A DNA stretch of 64,000 nt from Polymyxa betae A26-41 (GCA_003693705.1 RBZT01000855.1:124001-188000), one strand, 5' to 3'. Positions 1 to 15,043 are shown, counted from the stretch's first letter. The notes: a model not told the origin generated them from the sequence alone. Numbers and translations are program-made.

Positions 1-23
1 AAATCAATGATTTTGGTTTTCAG

Positions 24-2053
<2,030 letters not shown>

Positions 2054-2156
2054 GAGTGCCTGAATGAAACCTGATCCAGTGATTTTCAGTACTAAACGTC
2101 GACTAGGAAAATATATTTATATGTATAGTGTAAAATCGAATAAATTAGAAAGAACA

Positions 2157-2890
2157 TCAACAGAGCAAACAGCAGTCTCGTGGTATGTTTTTAGACATTG
2201 AACTCTGCTTCTGCTTTCCTTTCTTCGCTCTTCGATGATCTTGTGATGCTAACGCTTCTCTCACAGCCTGTTCGAAAACACTTGAACAGCCTTCACTGGT
2301 CTTTGCTGAACATTCCATGTAGGCAACGGCGTTGATATCTCGTGCTAATTTCGTTCCAGCTTCTGGCAATGAGGTTCGTATGCCCGGAACCCTTCTTAGA
2401 TCGCATTTGCTGCCTACAACTAGCGACGATATGAGTGTGTTGAAACATGCAGGTATAAAGAATACGAACGCATCAATGGGACGCCCTTTGCATAATCCAG
2501 AATCTCTGGCATCCATTTTGTTTTAACGTGATCAAAAGCATCCTGATTATTAACAGAAAAAACGACGATAAAAACATCGATATTTGAATATGACAAGAGA
2601 CGAATCTGATCGAATTCCTCTTGACCAGCATTATCCCACAGAGCAAGCTCCACTTTCCTGCCGTCAATAATTCTGTCCAGTGAACAATTCTCGAATATGG
2701 TTGGTTCATGTTCCGAGTTAAACTCATTTGTTGCATATCGTGTGAGCAAGCTGGTCTTGCCTACGGCCCCGTCACCGATCAGGACAATTTTAACATGGCG
2801 CGAATTCAGGCCCGGGGGAGGATAGCGAACAGTTCCAGGGCGAGCGCGAGTTGTGCCAGGACGGCAACGAATCGTTCCACGAATGGTCAT
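2157..2890 (-). CDS. Rho-family small GTPase (divergent)
   Basis: GDGAVGKT, PTIFEN, LWDNAGQEE, YMECSAKT and a C-terminal CCLLC prenylation motif. One intron (gttcgt...ctag) joins the two ORF-track pieces as PLMLVGSKCD. Confidence 0.92.
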
Positions 2891-3066
2891 AGAAACGTAG
2901 GTAGAAGAGAGTGAAGGCCAGCGTTGGGAAAGGGCTCCCTCTGATAGCAGCGGACCACGTAGGAAGAGCCATGTCGTTACGCATCAGATTGTTACAGGAG
3001 ACGGCAATGCGTCAACTGTATTCATATTCCAAGCTTGAAGCTAACATAGGTTATATTATTAGGATT

Positions 3067-5934
3067 TTATCTGGCGGTTTCCATGTGGTCGAGAATGGCG
3101 AGGAACGCGCGATCCACCTCGTCGGCGAGCTGGATCTCGGATCTTTCGAAGCCCGGAGCAGGTCTGAGAATAGACAGCAGTCTGATGACCTCGGTTAGCA
3201 AGAAAGGATGGGAACGAGCGATTTGTATAAGTGCGGGTAATGATCTTCTGAGAACGATGATGTACGGAACAATCGAGTCAACTGTTTCGTCAGAGAACCT
3301 CTTTAGAACAGAATCACACAAATCTCTCGTTCTTGACTGGTAAACGAGAGAAAGCTCTGATAGAAGAGCAAGAGCGAAAACTTGCTCTTCCTCGTAATCA
3401 CGCGACAGTAATTCCGGCAGATGGGCTATTGCACCTTCTAGACTGCTAACACCAATTACAAGCTTGGGCAGAATTGTCAGTGGCAAGCCTTGGAACAAAG
3501 AATATTGCAAGAGATTAGGCGAACGCCTAAATTCGCCGTCTGTGAATCTAAATATGGCAGATTTGACATTGTCGTTGGGGATAGAACAAGATCTTTCAAA
3601 AAGCTTGGCAATCACAGCATTGGAGTGAAACAGTCGCTGTTTGTCTGGGACTCTGCTCTGGATAGATAATCTCTCATGGCGGATGCGGATTACACGTAAA
3701 ACAGACAAGAATATCTCTACCAGTGAAGGCGACGACCAAACCCTGTCGCTGATGGAGAGAGCTCTTGCAGGGTCTTGCGTCAAAGTTGCAGTCGAAACTG
3801 GAGAGGAAGAAAAATAGGTCAACGCGTCAAAATAAAACGACACCCGGCCGAGAACACGGCACCAACGTCTCCAAAGTTCCAAAAAGCAAACGAACAGATA
3901 GGGCTGAAGTTGCTCGTCGAGTTCAAGCAGCCTTGGAATCCATCCCAGCACTTCAGACGAGAGAGAAACAGATTTCTCATCTGGAAGCGATAATAAATAC
4001 TCCAGATAATGAGCTGATATGCGATGAGAATCGTTTGGCTTATCCCGACTCAATCCAATCCGATCAGGAACTAGAGAGCACAGGTCATGATCGCTATGGA
4101 GCAACTCGCAGCGTGATTCATAAAGAAGATCTTGTAACAGTGGCTGGAGAGAGGCAAACATAGAACTCGACCGCCCCAGACACCGCATCACCTTGAATAT
4201 CGGCACAGAATCAAGGATGGAATCTGAGTATCTGAAAGGAATGACGCCATCGGCAGTTCTTTTCTGAGCAATGCGATTATAATAAAGAGCATAATATGCG
4301 ACCAGGATAACAGTAGCAGGATTGCTGCACTGTTCAGACGCTTGATTCAGAAGGCGTGGCTTCATTGCATTCGATATTAATTGAACAATGCGATTTTCTG
4401 AGAATAACGGTTGCGCCCTTAATAGCTTATTCGATTGGCAGCAGATATTGACACAGAGCTCTGCAGATCGCTGTAAAACAGAGATCCAATTGGGATTGTA
4501 GACGGGATCGGCGAGCAAGTTCGATAGACAGTCCTTAAACCGATCCCGTAAGACAGCGTTGTTCGCAAGTTTCTTTGTAAACAGGGGCGCGTTCAAGACA
4601 GAATAAACAATCCCAAACATATCGTTCGCAGCGTCGAATAAGATGTCAGTAAGTTTTGGCGATACATCGCTGATGATCAAATCAGAGAGCTTCTCAACAT
4701 GACCTGCTAGCAGCCGAACAGGAACACCAACACAATCTGAAATCAATGAGCCCATTGAACGTTCGCCATTCAAGCTCCCTAAAGCAACTTGTTTGAAAAG
4801 CGATGATGTGGTGACTGATCGCAGGATATTCCCAACATGTTCTGTGGATATCGCCTTGAATAGACTTGAACACTGAAATAGGAAGCACAAACAGAAATCG
4901 GCGAGATTGCGATTTGCGACAAGCAGCCTTCTGCACGACATAACCTCCAGCACAGCCGTGGTTAAATCTCGAGGAAACACTATCTGTATAATTGCTTGTA
5001 GCTGACAAGCAGCACGGATGGTCAAAGTCGCTTGTACGGCAGCAATGGCATCAGAAAGTTGCTCGGCTTTGACCTTAGCAAGTAGGTCCTGCAGATGACG
5101 AAGAAATCGATCCAGCAATTTGAGAGCCAATGGACCATTAGCTTGAGCAGCTCGTTGATTAGATAAATGGGCACGAGAAGTGATGGCAGATGGCGAATTT
5201 GACTTTAAACAAGCTAGAAATCGAACAGCTCCAATGGTTCGTTGCTGTAGAATCTCGGAAATAAACTCGATATCATCGTTCAATGTTGATGTGATTTGCA
5301 GAGTTAAATGAGGTGCAGCCTGATGCTTCACAAGAAGATTTCGAATTGTGAACGATGTCAACGAATTGAGACCAGCAGCACGAATCAAGAGCGTCTCGAT
5401 TGTCTTTGCGAATTCAGGCTCGCTTAAAAATAGCAGAACCATGGTCTCGATAAGAGCAGTAAACAGATCGTGGCAATTGATCAAAATCCGATAGCAGAGC
5501 TCGATACCAGTTCTTTGAATAAGAAACGCCTTGATTAATTCGGACAATGGAACGATCTGAATCGAATGCAGAAGGGCTACAGCAACGATGGCAGCGATTT
5601 CTTCTTGAAATAGTTTATCAGACAGAATCGAGTGAGCCGTCTGATCTCTGATCAGCTGAAAAACAATCCCGATCCGGTAATCGAGCGATTGTTTGGAAAA
5701 ATCGAAATTAGTGATCAGTAGGCGATCATCAGTTTGCATCGGCTGCCGAACAATCTCGTGAAGGCGCAGGACGAAGTTGGCCTGAGCTGGGACTCGATCG
5801 AGAACCGATCGAAGCGCCGGCTGACGCTCAGCCTGCTCTACTAGAACAGGCAGGAACGGGATGAGATCGGCTGGGGTTTGTGTCTGCAATGCCTCGATAT
5901 CAAGGACCCGGACGGCATCATACACATTGGGCAT
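3067..5934 (-). CDS. INTS2: Integrator complex subunit 2, intronless
   Basis: N-terminal VYDAVRVLDIEAL..DLIPFLPVLV and C-terminal LFQGLPLTILPKLVIGVSSL..LPELL..QVFALALLSEL resemble the conserved INTS2 ends. First ATG is at 5934. Confidence 0.78.
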   Translation of the reverse strand: MPNVYDAVRVLDIEALQTQTPADLIPFLPVLVEQAERQPALRSVLDRVPAQANFVLRLHEIVRQPMQTDDRLLITNFDFSKQSLDYRIGIVFQLIRDQTAHSILSDKLFQEEIAAIVAVALLHSIQIVPLSELIKAFLIQRTGIELCYRILINCHDLFTALIETMVLLFLSEPEFAKTIETLLIRAAGLNSLTSFTIRNLLVKHQAAPHLTLQITSTLNDDIEFISEILQQRTIGAVRFLACLKSNSPSAITSRAHLSNQRAAQANGPLALKLLDRFLRHLQDLLAKVKAEQLSDAIAAVQATLTIRAACQLQAIIQIVFPRDLTTAVLEVMSCRRLLVANRNLADFCLCFLFQCSSLFKAISTEHVGNILRSVTTSSLFKQVALGSLNGERSMGSLISDCVGVPVRLLAGHVEKLSDLIISDVSPKLTDILFDAANDMFGIVYSVLNAPLFTKKLANNAVLRDRFKDCLSNLLADPVYNPNWISVLQRSAELCVNICCQSNKLLRAQPLFSENRIVQLISNAMKPRLLNQASEQCSNPATVILVAYYALYYNRIAQKRTADGVIPFRYSDSILDSVPIFKVMRCLGRSSSMFASLQPLLQDLLYESRCELLHSDHDLCSLVPDRIGLSRDKPNDSHRISAHYLEYLLSLPDEKSVSLSSEVLGWIPRLLELDEQLQPYLFVCFLELWRRWCRVLGRVSFYFDALTYFSSSPVSTATLTQDPARALSISDRVWSSPSLVEIFLSVLRVIRIRHERLSIQSRVPDKQRLFHSNAVIAKLFERSCSIPNDNVKSAIFRFTDGEFRRSPNLLQYSLFQGLPLTILPKLVIGVSSLEGAIAHLPELLSRDYEEEQVFALALLSELSLVYQSRTRDLCDSVLKRFSDETVDSIVPYIIVLRRSLPALIQIARSHPFLLTEVIRLLSILRPAPGFERSEIQLADEVDRAFLAILDHMETAR

Positions 5935-6203
5935 TGGCCTATTTGGGGCATTCCGATAATAGGGCGCATTCAACTTCCTCTCACGAATCACTTTTTCTAT
6001 GATAAAATTACTTACAAACAATTTTCTCGAAACGGGAACATATCTATCAGGTAATTAGATGCGGTTCTCATTCTTTGTTTGTTACAGGTTGTAGATGCAG
6101 TTAGCGTTTGATACGCTGCAGTTGGAATGCTCGTTATTGAACTTCGCGATTTGTATCTTGAACAGTCCTACGTAACTTTCGAACCCAATCTCTCTCTGAA
6201 CAG

Positions 6204-6233
6204 CATACACTGAAGCTGTGCATTCAGTGTATG
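6204..6233. repeat. Inverted repeat / hairpin in the INTS2-COG7 divergent intergenic region
   Basis: CATACACTGAA (6204-6214), an 8-nt loop, then TTCAGTGTATG (6223-6233): a perfect 11-bp stem. Confidence 0.7.
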
Positions 6234-6498
6234 TTTGTGTTTAACATGAGTAAGCTCAATTATACAAAGAATCACTACAATGTCAACGATCCCCAAAAAG
6301 AAAGAAGGTGGAGCTGTTACTTATTACACCTTCAAACCCCGATACTTTTCAGTACCGAATTAAACAGTACTGTTTATTCTACAATCGTTTAGCATTGTCT
6401 ATGTTTACGACTGGAAAAAATTATCAGGAAAAGATGCGTGTTGAGTGATATAAATTGTCTCTGAGTTTCAGTGAGTGGTTGACTGTCGTTGGAGATTG

Positions 6499-9385
6499 AT
6501 GAGATCGCGATCCACTTCGCCTCGTCAATTTAGGCGATCGGTTGCGGTGTCAGTCAACCAGCTCCTGGAACAAGCCCGAACCAATAACGCTTTTTTAAAT
6601 GAGGTCGGAACCATTGTTGTTGTTCCCGCCAGCTGATTTTACAGGCTGCTATAGGAGATCATCTCGGATCTGGTTTGCAAAGCCCAGATCGAAAGTAATA
6701 CCATTTCAGACGAGATCAATCATCACTCGAAAGAGATTATGGAAAGACTGCCATTGTATGGGGTTGAGTTCCAGCTCTTCATTCTGGACTCAAATTCTTA
6801 TGCAGAGCTGAATCGGAACTCGGTTCGGTTTCGCTTATGGTGAGCAATCTATCAAGGAGATTGTTAGCTGTAAAATCACAGCTGAAGATGGCCGATGAGC
6901 GCACCGAACGATCGGTTGGCTTTCTGGAGAATATCGACAAGATTAAGTCCCGAATAGAATACTGTGCTAAACTTATATCTGAAGTACAAAATTGGAAATA
7001 TCGCCTGAAAATGATCGATGTGCTGTTTGGCTCTAGAGAATTTGAGCGCATCGCTTCTGAGATTCAGGTCGCTTTTGAAGGTATAGCAGCTTAGTCATTC
7101 GCTACTGATATATCGGTTGTAGGAGATGGAAACCTGTGTTCAGATGCTGACAAAGGTTCCTGAGTATGATCGCAGGCTGTCAGGTGATTGATCAACTGTG
7201 CGCTCATAGATTCGACTGAACTATTCACCGACAGAACTGGGCGAACTGAGAACAAAATTAGAGACGATGTGCTCTCCACATTTGCTTGCAGCGATTCAGG
7301 CTCGCGATTACACTGCCGTCAAGTCGTTTCGAACCATTTTCTCGAAAATCGGTCGAAGCCAGACAGTGGCTCAAATCTATCTGAGCTCTTGTACTGATTG
7401 GCTATCACAGCTCGACTCGAAGTTCCACGCTGACGTCAGCTTTGTTCCTATTTGTATCGTTCAATCTAAATACTGCTAACAGGATCGCTGCTTAGAAATT
7501 GAGAAGTGGCTGCCAGCCTATTATTCAGAAGTTGCAAAGATGTTGCATGAAGAACTGCAGACAGTGTCCGAGCACTTCCTTGAGGTTGTATCGGTCGATT
7601 TAGGTGAGTTTGTAATCAGCTCGTGAGCTGTTATTGAGCGATGTTGCAGTCGTGCACGTAGTCAAAGCCATCAAAAGGAAGCTTACCGTTTGGTTGGAAA
7701 AATTCGTTTCGGATAATGTTAATTCGATTGATGGAGTTGTATTCGCTCTGCGGAAATCACAGGATTTCTTAGTTGATCTTTATAAACTACCATGCCTTTC
7801 GGAATCATCCGATTCGATAACAGAGATATTGACTTCGTTTGCTGCCGTTTTCATACCATTTTCTTCGAGGTTTGTTGGCTTCTATTCAAGTATGCACGTT
7901 CTAAATACTCATTTTAGATATTTGGATCTGGAATCGAAAAAGCTTTCATTATCTTCTGCTCAACTGCGAAGTTTATTGGAAGTCAGCGCCGATTGTCAAT
8001 CTACTTTGAACTCGATAGAGAAGTCATCAGGTTTGAACGTTGGACCAGTTCTTTCCACTTTTTTAGCAAGTTGTCAGAAATACTATTTGTGGCTTGTCGT
8101 CAGGCTCTAAGCAGATGCCAATCGTTTGCTGAGGGGCTGAACGTTAAGAGCTTTCAACTCGCCGTTGACGCTTTCATCTCTGATTTCTTTGAGGTTCAAC
8201 AGCAACAACGTACCTGTTTCACCCTCTTAATTGGCCATTTTCACTTAGCGTCTGCTCTTATGTCTCCGTCATATTCGCAAGCTTGCAGGACATGATTCCA
8301 ACGATGCCGGCAGCTCCGAATGGTCATCGACTACCAGCGCATTCCGACTTGTTCGCTTTGCAAAGAACTTACGTATTCAGGTAGGGGTATCTGCTTGGAT
8401 AGGTCTTCACATCTGATGCTTGCAAAGCTAGAAGCACTCGATACTGATTGCGTCACTTCCATCGCTCGCTTATTATCTCCTCTGATTAGCGAAAGTGAGC
8501 CTGGCGATCTGAGCATACAATTTTGTCGATTGCTGGTTCCGCAGCACAGGGCCACCCTGGACTATCTGTGCAACTTTGTTGATATCAGCCTGTCCGGTAT
8601 GAGTGTTTATTGGTAACTTCCTTGGTTTCTAACTCCACTTAGCCGAAAAGAAATTGTTATCGCAATCACGAGCTTCGGCACTCAAGCTCGAAAAGGCCAT
8701 GAAAACATTTGCCTTTGATACCATGCTGAAAGGCATTCGGGATGTCCTACGTGGCTTTAGCACTTGGCCGTGCTGGAACCAAGACGATTCGGTCAACGAA
8801 ATTTCTTGCTTGCTTCATTGCGACTAAATTACTGTTGATAGGAAATGTCAGTTTTCTCATCACAGCCATCTGATTACATAACCCGAATGGGAGATCATCT
8901 TTTCGGATTTGTGCCTGAATTAGAGGCTCGCCTGAACAGTGGTGCGTTGTACCGAAATATCGTATATTGAAGATAATGTTGCTTTAGACGATACTGCAAA
9001 TGAATCCGGAGATGATATGCTATTATGGCTACGGCAGCTATCATTTGGTGCCGTCGACGATGTTCTGGAACAAATATCCAGGCTGCCTTTATTGTCTAAT
9101 TGCGGCGCCAAGTAATTTCTTTGTTCACTGTTCAATAGCGCATTTTGAATGTGTATTAGGCAGCTTGCTACGGATTTGGAGTACTTGGCTAACATTATAT
9201 CGGCTTTGGGCATTGAGGCACCATCAAATCTCACTACAGTACAGAAGTCGTTGCTGTTATCCCCTCATGAGATTTCCACTATGAAGATTGACTCGAGAGC
9301 CGATCAGAATCGAGTTGAAGAAATCGCATCCATCCGGCAACAGTCTTCTCCAAAGAAGACTGTTAAGAATCAAATTAGTTCATAA
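6499..9385 (+). CDS. COG7: Conserved oligomeric Golgi complex subunit 7, multi-exon
   Basis: Spliced translation gives FLENIDKIKSRIE, VPEYDRRLSELGELRTKLETMCSP, FSSQPSDYITRMGDHLFGFVPELE and QLATDLEYLANIISALG. Start codon uncertain. Confidence 0.82.
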
Positions 9386-9905
9386 GGGTGCTTTGCCATT
9401 GCCCTTTGTGGTAATATGGTACATAAATATATAAACCATGGAGGGCAGCTCTGGCTTCTCCGCTGACTGTATGTCGTTCATATCTTTCACCGAAAGAAGG
9501 CAAATGTTCAAAGTGCTGCAGTAATACAACATCACCCGCAAGCGAACTCCATCATCACCGAAAGCCACAATAAAGCGAAACGCAATCTGTTCTAATTTCC
9601 CAATGTTTATCCCCTTTTTTCCGACTTGACATCGCCTCCCAGAGTTGTGGGAAAACTCTCCGTGCTAAAGCAGCGGATGGCCAGATCGAGGGAAAAAGTG
9701 TCTAACTTGAGTTCGGCTCGGGTGAAGATAGGTCGGGATGCCGAGCGGTGAACGCTCACATCCGTTACGCACAAGTTGATGCTGACTGCTCCATTCCCAC
9801 GAAAATTTCCATCTGTGGTTTGCTGAATTCCGAAGAAACGGGATTTCATGCGACTTGAGTGACTGCGTTAGTCTTCAGACAAAATCTGAGTCGCATCTGG
9901 TGTGT

Positions 9906-11534
9906 ATGATCGCGACTACCGATACCAAGACCTACTCACTCCAGCAAGATGCAAAGCAGCCTGGCATGAACGCCGTCTCGGACCCCGGTTCGCCTGACGA
10001 TGAATCTGCTACGACAGATGATGCCCCAAAAGGCAACTTCTTATGGAGTCGTAAAAAACTGTTTGCCGTCCTGCTGTCGGCGATGGCGAGCAGCTTAGCC
10101 TGGGCCGTCCAAGTAATGCTCCTTCATTATGTTATTGGTTCATGTAATCAGTGCTAGGTGGGTTATTCGACGCCAACTTTACTGCATTTGGGTATGCACC
10201 CAGATACGGTGGGATTAGCATGGCTTGCAGGGCCACTTTCAGGCATCATTGTTCAACCGTTAATTGGGATCCTGTCGGACAACTGTCAGAGTAAATTTGG
10301 GCGGCGTCGCCCCTTTATTCTGGGAGCCGCACTGTCGACCGCGCTCTCGCTAATTCTCTTCTCCCAAACGGAACGAATAGGACGCGCTCTGCTAGGCGAG
10401 AACGAGCTGCAGATAAAATTTAGCCTAAGTCTGGCAATATTCATATTTTGTATGATGGATTGCTCCATCAACGCAATGATGGCACCGACTCGAGCGTTGA
10501 TTGCTGATCTTGTGCCGACTTCTCAGCAGAGCGAAGCTACCGCATATGTCAGCATCCATGACGGTCTTGGGAAAGCAACCGGGTATTTAATCGGATCTGT
10601 ATGCGAATTTCCATTGTCGGACGATTCGACTTGTTCATAGTGCTTTCAGATCAATCTTGAAAAGTTGCTTCCTCGACTCGGTGGCGAGCTTCAAATAGTA
10701 TTTATGGGCGCCGCTATCCTGATTGTAGTTTTCTGCTTGATAACCGTCTGCTTGGCAAATGACGATCGAAAATACGAAGGTGGATACAGCGGTCAACATC
10801 ACAGTTCAGGGCCCAACTTCATTCGTGCTGTCTGCACATCGTTCGCCGTTATACCTCGTCTGCCCAAAGCAGTTCGCAGAGCCTTTTTTATCCAGTTCTG
10901 CAATTCATTCGCCTGGTTTTCATTCATGGTTTATGGAACCGACTATTTCGGTCAGCATATCAACAAAGGCTTACCTTGGGCTGTCACGGGTTCGGTTGAT
11001 CGAATGAATTACGATGAAGGCGTTCGTATTGGGAACTTCGCTCTGTTTTTCCTGTCGATCACGTCTGCCGGATTCGCACATTGCTTGGCGGCTCTGATCA
11101 GACGATTCAGTCTAATATCGGTATTTGTGGTCGCCGAGTTGCATTTGATGTTGACCTTGCTGATTATGCCTTTTATCTCCACAAACCAAAGTGCAATTCT
11201 GCTCTACAGTGTGTTAGGCCTGACGTTCGCCGCAACGAATACGATCCCTTGGATGATTGTGACCAGAGAGATTTCTCGAATGCCAGAAGCTGGTGTCTTC
11301 TCTGCGACTTTTAATCTATCACAATGCCTCCCACAAATTATTGCTAGTCTGCTGAGCGGCCCGATTTTACTAAAATATAACGGCAGCGTTGCATCGATTT
11401 TCGTCATGGGTGCTGTTGGAGCGGGTTTGGCAAGCTGCATGATTTTAGCTCTGGTTGAAGAGCACCCAAACGAATACGAACAACTGGACGAAGGACAAAC
11501 ATCCAATGTATCGGTTGTTGTAAGATCTCATTGA
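9906..11534 (+). CDS. Sucrose/H+ symporter-like MFS transporter (SUT/SUC/SLC45 family)
   Basis: WLAGPLSGIIVQPLIGILSDNCQSKFGRRRPFI signature, YGTDYFG, YDEGVRIG, FNLSQCLPQIIASL; about 12 TM segments; 2 introns. Confidence 0.9.
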
Positions 11535-11789
11535 ACTAATACTATAGACTCAAAAATATAAAATATTACCATATAAGTGTTGAATCTCACATTCTGTTAG
11601 AACTGAGTACGAAATTGCGATCTGGGCAACAGAGACAAGTCGAAATATGAGTTATTCGTTTGGTAAACGATAAAGCAGTGGATGATGAACCATTATGGCC
11701 CACTTCGACGATGATTCAGAGGCAACTTTTGGCGTTTTAAGTTTTTACACGTCGAGGTTGTTACTGGAAAATGGAATCTAGCGCTGTAA

Positions 11790-13663
11790 TTAACCAGTAA
11801 AGCGTTTTGTTGCAAATCTAGCATCGAAGGGCATCAGCGAGGGCCTAATTCCTGTACAGCCCATCGAAAGAACCCGAACAGAAATGGATGAACAGCCTGT
11901 GAAGCTGACCCAGCCTAGGCCATCAAAAAATATATCATGGCTTGATCTGTGGACACAGCAATTAGGCTAAGCAATATCCAATAGAATAGTTTCCGTACCG
12001 AAGCCACCCGTCACCCATGATGCGAATATCTTGGAAAATTACGAGGCTCAACGCTCGAGACGGGTCTGATGGAATGCCAAGAATGTCTATCAGAAATTTA
12101 AACGATGTGTTAATAATTGAATAGTAATACAAACCGAGGCGATTTTTCATCAGATCCGTCGCCTTCGCTGTTTGTGTCACGTGCAGTTTGACATTAGGGG
12201 ATATGTAAGCAGTAAACAGGAAAGGAGGGCCTAGATGAGATAAGGTGACATAGGCAGTAGCAGCAACGGTTTATACCATCAACATGGTCAATTCGGGCAA
12301 GTCCAGCTAATAACAGTGACTGGCCTTGCTTTATTCTGTATGAAACGGGAACAATTGGTTTCTTGATGGCAATCAAATCGCGCTCGTCCGAAGTTAATCG
12401 TCGCAAGAGCGGTAGATCGGCATACACTCCAGGGGTATCAAATAACTTGACCGCCGATTTGGAAGCAGGTCCCCGAACCGTAAACGGGATGATACTACCA
12501 ATAGAAAAATAAAAAACAATTACAAAGGTGCAATATACAGAAGACGTCATACCCGAGTGTTGTGCCTGCGATGTTTGAAGTCGTGACCGGGATCTTCTCA
12601 CTGATTTCTTTCACATCGTCTTTTATACGAACTCGACTTTTGCGAACTCCTCGGTTGACGCCTTTAATCATCCCTTTTTGTAACAGATGATTGATGAACC
12701 TAGACCGCGTTGAAAGCAGTATTCTCAGTAGTAAAACCAAACATACGTGCTTTTGCCAACATTGCAAGACCCAAGCACATAAATATCGCGATTGGTTCGC
12801 TCTGCTAGCTCTTGGGCGTCGTTGATTAGAGCCGGCACACCTTGTCCTGTTCTCGAGCTTATCACGTGAACGCTACGGGCAGAGATGTGCATATCCCGTG
12901 CTTGAGATCTCACCCATTCCCTGAAGGTAGGTTTAATGGTTGTTCAAGCAAACAATCTGAAACCAACCTGACGCGCATTAACGATGCGCCCTTAGGAAGG
13001 AGATCAAATTTATTTGCAATCAAAATAACTGGATTCGATCCGCCAATTATTTCAGTCAAACCTGGGAAGACAGAAGCTTGGAAATCGGTAACATCGATCA
13101 GCTTCATAACAACTGAACTTCTGACTGAAAGCAGCATGCATTCAAAATGTTGCAGTTTGAATAGTAGAGAATAACCTACGGCTGTCACCCAATATTTGAT
13201 TTTTGAGGGCAGTTCGAAAATCATCGGCGACGATGTCCTGCATTTGACCCTGAGGCAGTCCATTATATGTTAATTGATGGCATCGCATGCAGATTAGGCT
13301 GTGCGACGCTTCCGAAATCGCTGTATTCTCATCAATGCCGTCTTTGATCAAGGTCTCGGCATGACATCTTTTAGCTTCAACAATATGTTCAGGCAAGTAC
13401 CTGAACACATATTGATATGTCAAAACGGATGCCAACGACATTGGATACCCGGGTTTCGAATGATCGCTGGTGTGAAATTGTGCACCGCAACCACAGCAGT
13501 TTCGTAATGGCAGCTGGAATGTAGGGACTGATTCTCGTTTCAGCTCAGTAGAAGGAGCCAGGCACGAAGACAATGCCCTGACGTGACTTTTATCTGCGAT
13601 TAAACAACGTAAAGGGTGTCTGTTATAATGAACAATGAATCGGGTCCACCTTGATAATACCAT
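11790..13663 (-). CDS. NOA1: NOA1/YqeH circularly permuted GTPase (mitoribosome assembly)
   Basis: Zn-finger CCGCG and CMRC; G4 NKFDLLP precedes G1 GSCNVGKST, then T(S)NIAGTT and DTPG; LLLAGLARID. Presequence-like N-terminus. The 3' end is uncertain. Confidence 0.85.
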
Positions 13664-13728
13664 GTTGTTCACTGACTACAGTGCCATAGAAATTGCGTTT
13701 CCAAGGAGAGTGTCATCCCCAGCTCGTG

Positions 13729-13742
13729 AAACCCTAAACCCT
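13729..13742. promoter_or_regulatory. Tandem telo-box AAACCCTAAACCCT upstream of NOA1
   Basis: Exact 14-mer, 66 nt upstream of the NOA1 ATG; an identical copy lies upstream of GFM1. Confidence 0.5.
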
Positions 13743-14082
13743 GATTATACACCCAGAAGACAATCATGGATGCTTCGTTGGTCGTTTTCAAACGAATCAT
13801 CCGACTCGTTTATCGTTTTGGATGTAAATAAAAAAGAATCATTGTCTATTAGAATTCGTCTGGACCCATGCTGTTGATGAACAGGTTGCTGGAGTTTTAT
13901 GACATTATCGCTCATAGCCATATGCACTAATCGATAAGTCACTGATTACGAAGCGCAGAGCATAGAACAGCCACAATTTGTGTTTATTACAAAGCCAGCG
14001 GCGGTCGAAATGTGTTGTTGCAGCCAGCAGGGTGTGACTGGCAATCGCCTGCTCCAAAGATTTGTGACGGCCGTCCCCAGGA

Positions 14083-14228
14083 GGGCGGGGATACCGGATA
14101 TCTAGCCAATAAAGAAAACAAGGGAGGCGTTGCGAGACCCATCGGCCATAATCGACTTTCCCGACGACGCCATCAGATCTCGCTGCTCTGTCTCTGTCTC
14201 TATTGGCCGTCTCTCTGCTATATAAAAG
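14083..14228 (+). promoter_or_regulatory. Putative Pol II promoter of SAR1: GC box, two CCAAT boxes and a TATA box
   Basis: GGGCGGG 14083-14089, CCAAT 14106-14110, ATTGG 14202-14206 and TATATAAAAG 14219-14228, about 145 nt upstream of the ATG. Confidence 0.5.
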
Positions 14229-14372
14229 CAGCCACAGCCACTATTTAATAGCTGCGCACTTCGTCTATCTATAATATTCATAGTTTCATACTATCACCCG
14301 TTATCATCTTCGTCGATCAAGAGACCCGCCCAAGTCGTCGTCCAGTCGCCAGCCACAGTCGTCGCCGCTGCC

Positions 14373-15043
14373 ATGTTCGATTGGTTTTTCGATATCCTCG
14401 GCTCGCTCGGGTTCTGGAATAAGAAAGCTCGGATCTTGTTTCTCGGCCTGGACAATGCCGGCAAGACGACGCTCACCCGAATGTTAGTAGATAAGAAGGT
14501 GATGCCCGTTTCGCCGTCTTCTATATGCTCATGAACCTAAATTTTGTCGCAGCTTTCGTCCATGGCGCCAACCAGACACCCTCAAGGTGACGAGATCCAG
14601 GTATGGAAGCTTATCCCGTGGTTTTAACAATCTGTGAATGTTTTCGGCAGTATAAAAATATCAGATTTAAGACTTTTGATATGGGAGGTCATGCGGTCGC
14701 TCGACAGCTCTGGGCCGATTATTTCACCAATGTGGATGCCGTCGTTTACGTCGTTGACTCTTATGACAAGACTCGATTCCCAGAGACGCGCGCCGAGCTG
14801 CAGAAGCTGCTGGCCGACCCATCCCTGTCCAAAGCTCCGTTCCTGGTGTTCGGCAACAAGATTGATATGGATGGCGCTGCCAGCGAGGAAGAGCTGCGAG
14901 AGGCACTGGGTCTATCGAAGATGACGACGGGAAAGGAAGGGCGCCCTGGGAACGGCATTCGTCCCATTGAAGTTTTCATGTGCAGTGTACTTCGTCGTTC
15001 GGGATACATTCAGGGCATCGAATGGCTATCGCAATACGTCTAA
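14373..15043 (+). CDS. SAR1: COPII small GTPase Sar1
   Basis: [55 protein letters not shown]; 2 introns. Confidence 0.96.

Noticed and set aside
13874-13945. Possible box C/D snoRNA (TGATGA...CTGA)
   Set aside because: No terminal stem and no guide sequence I could match to rRNA.
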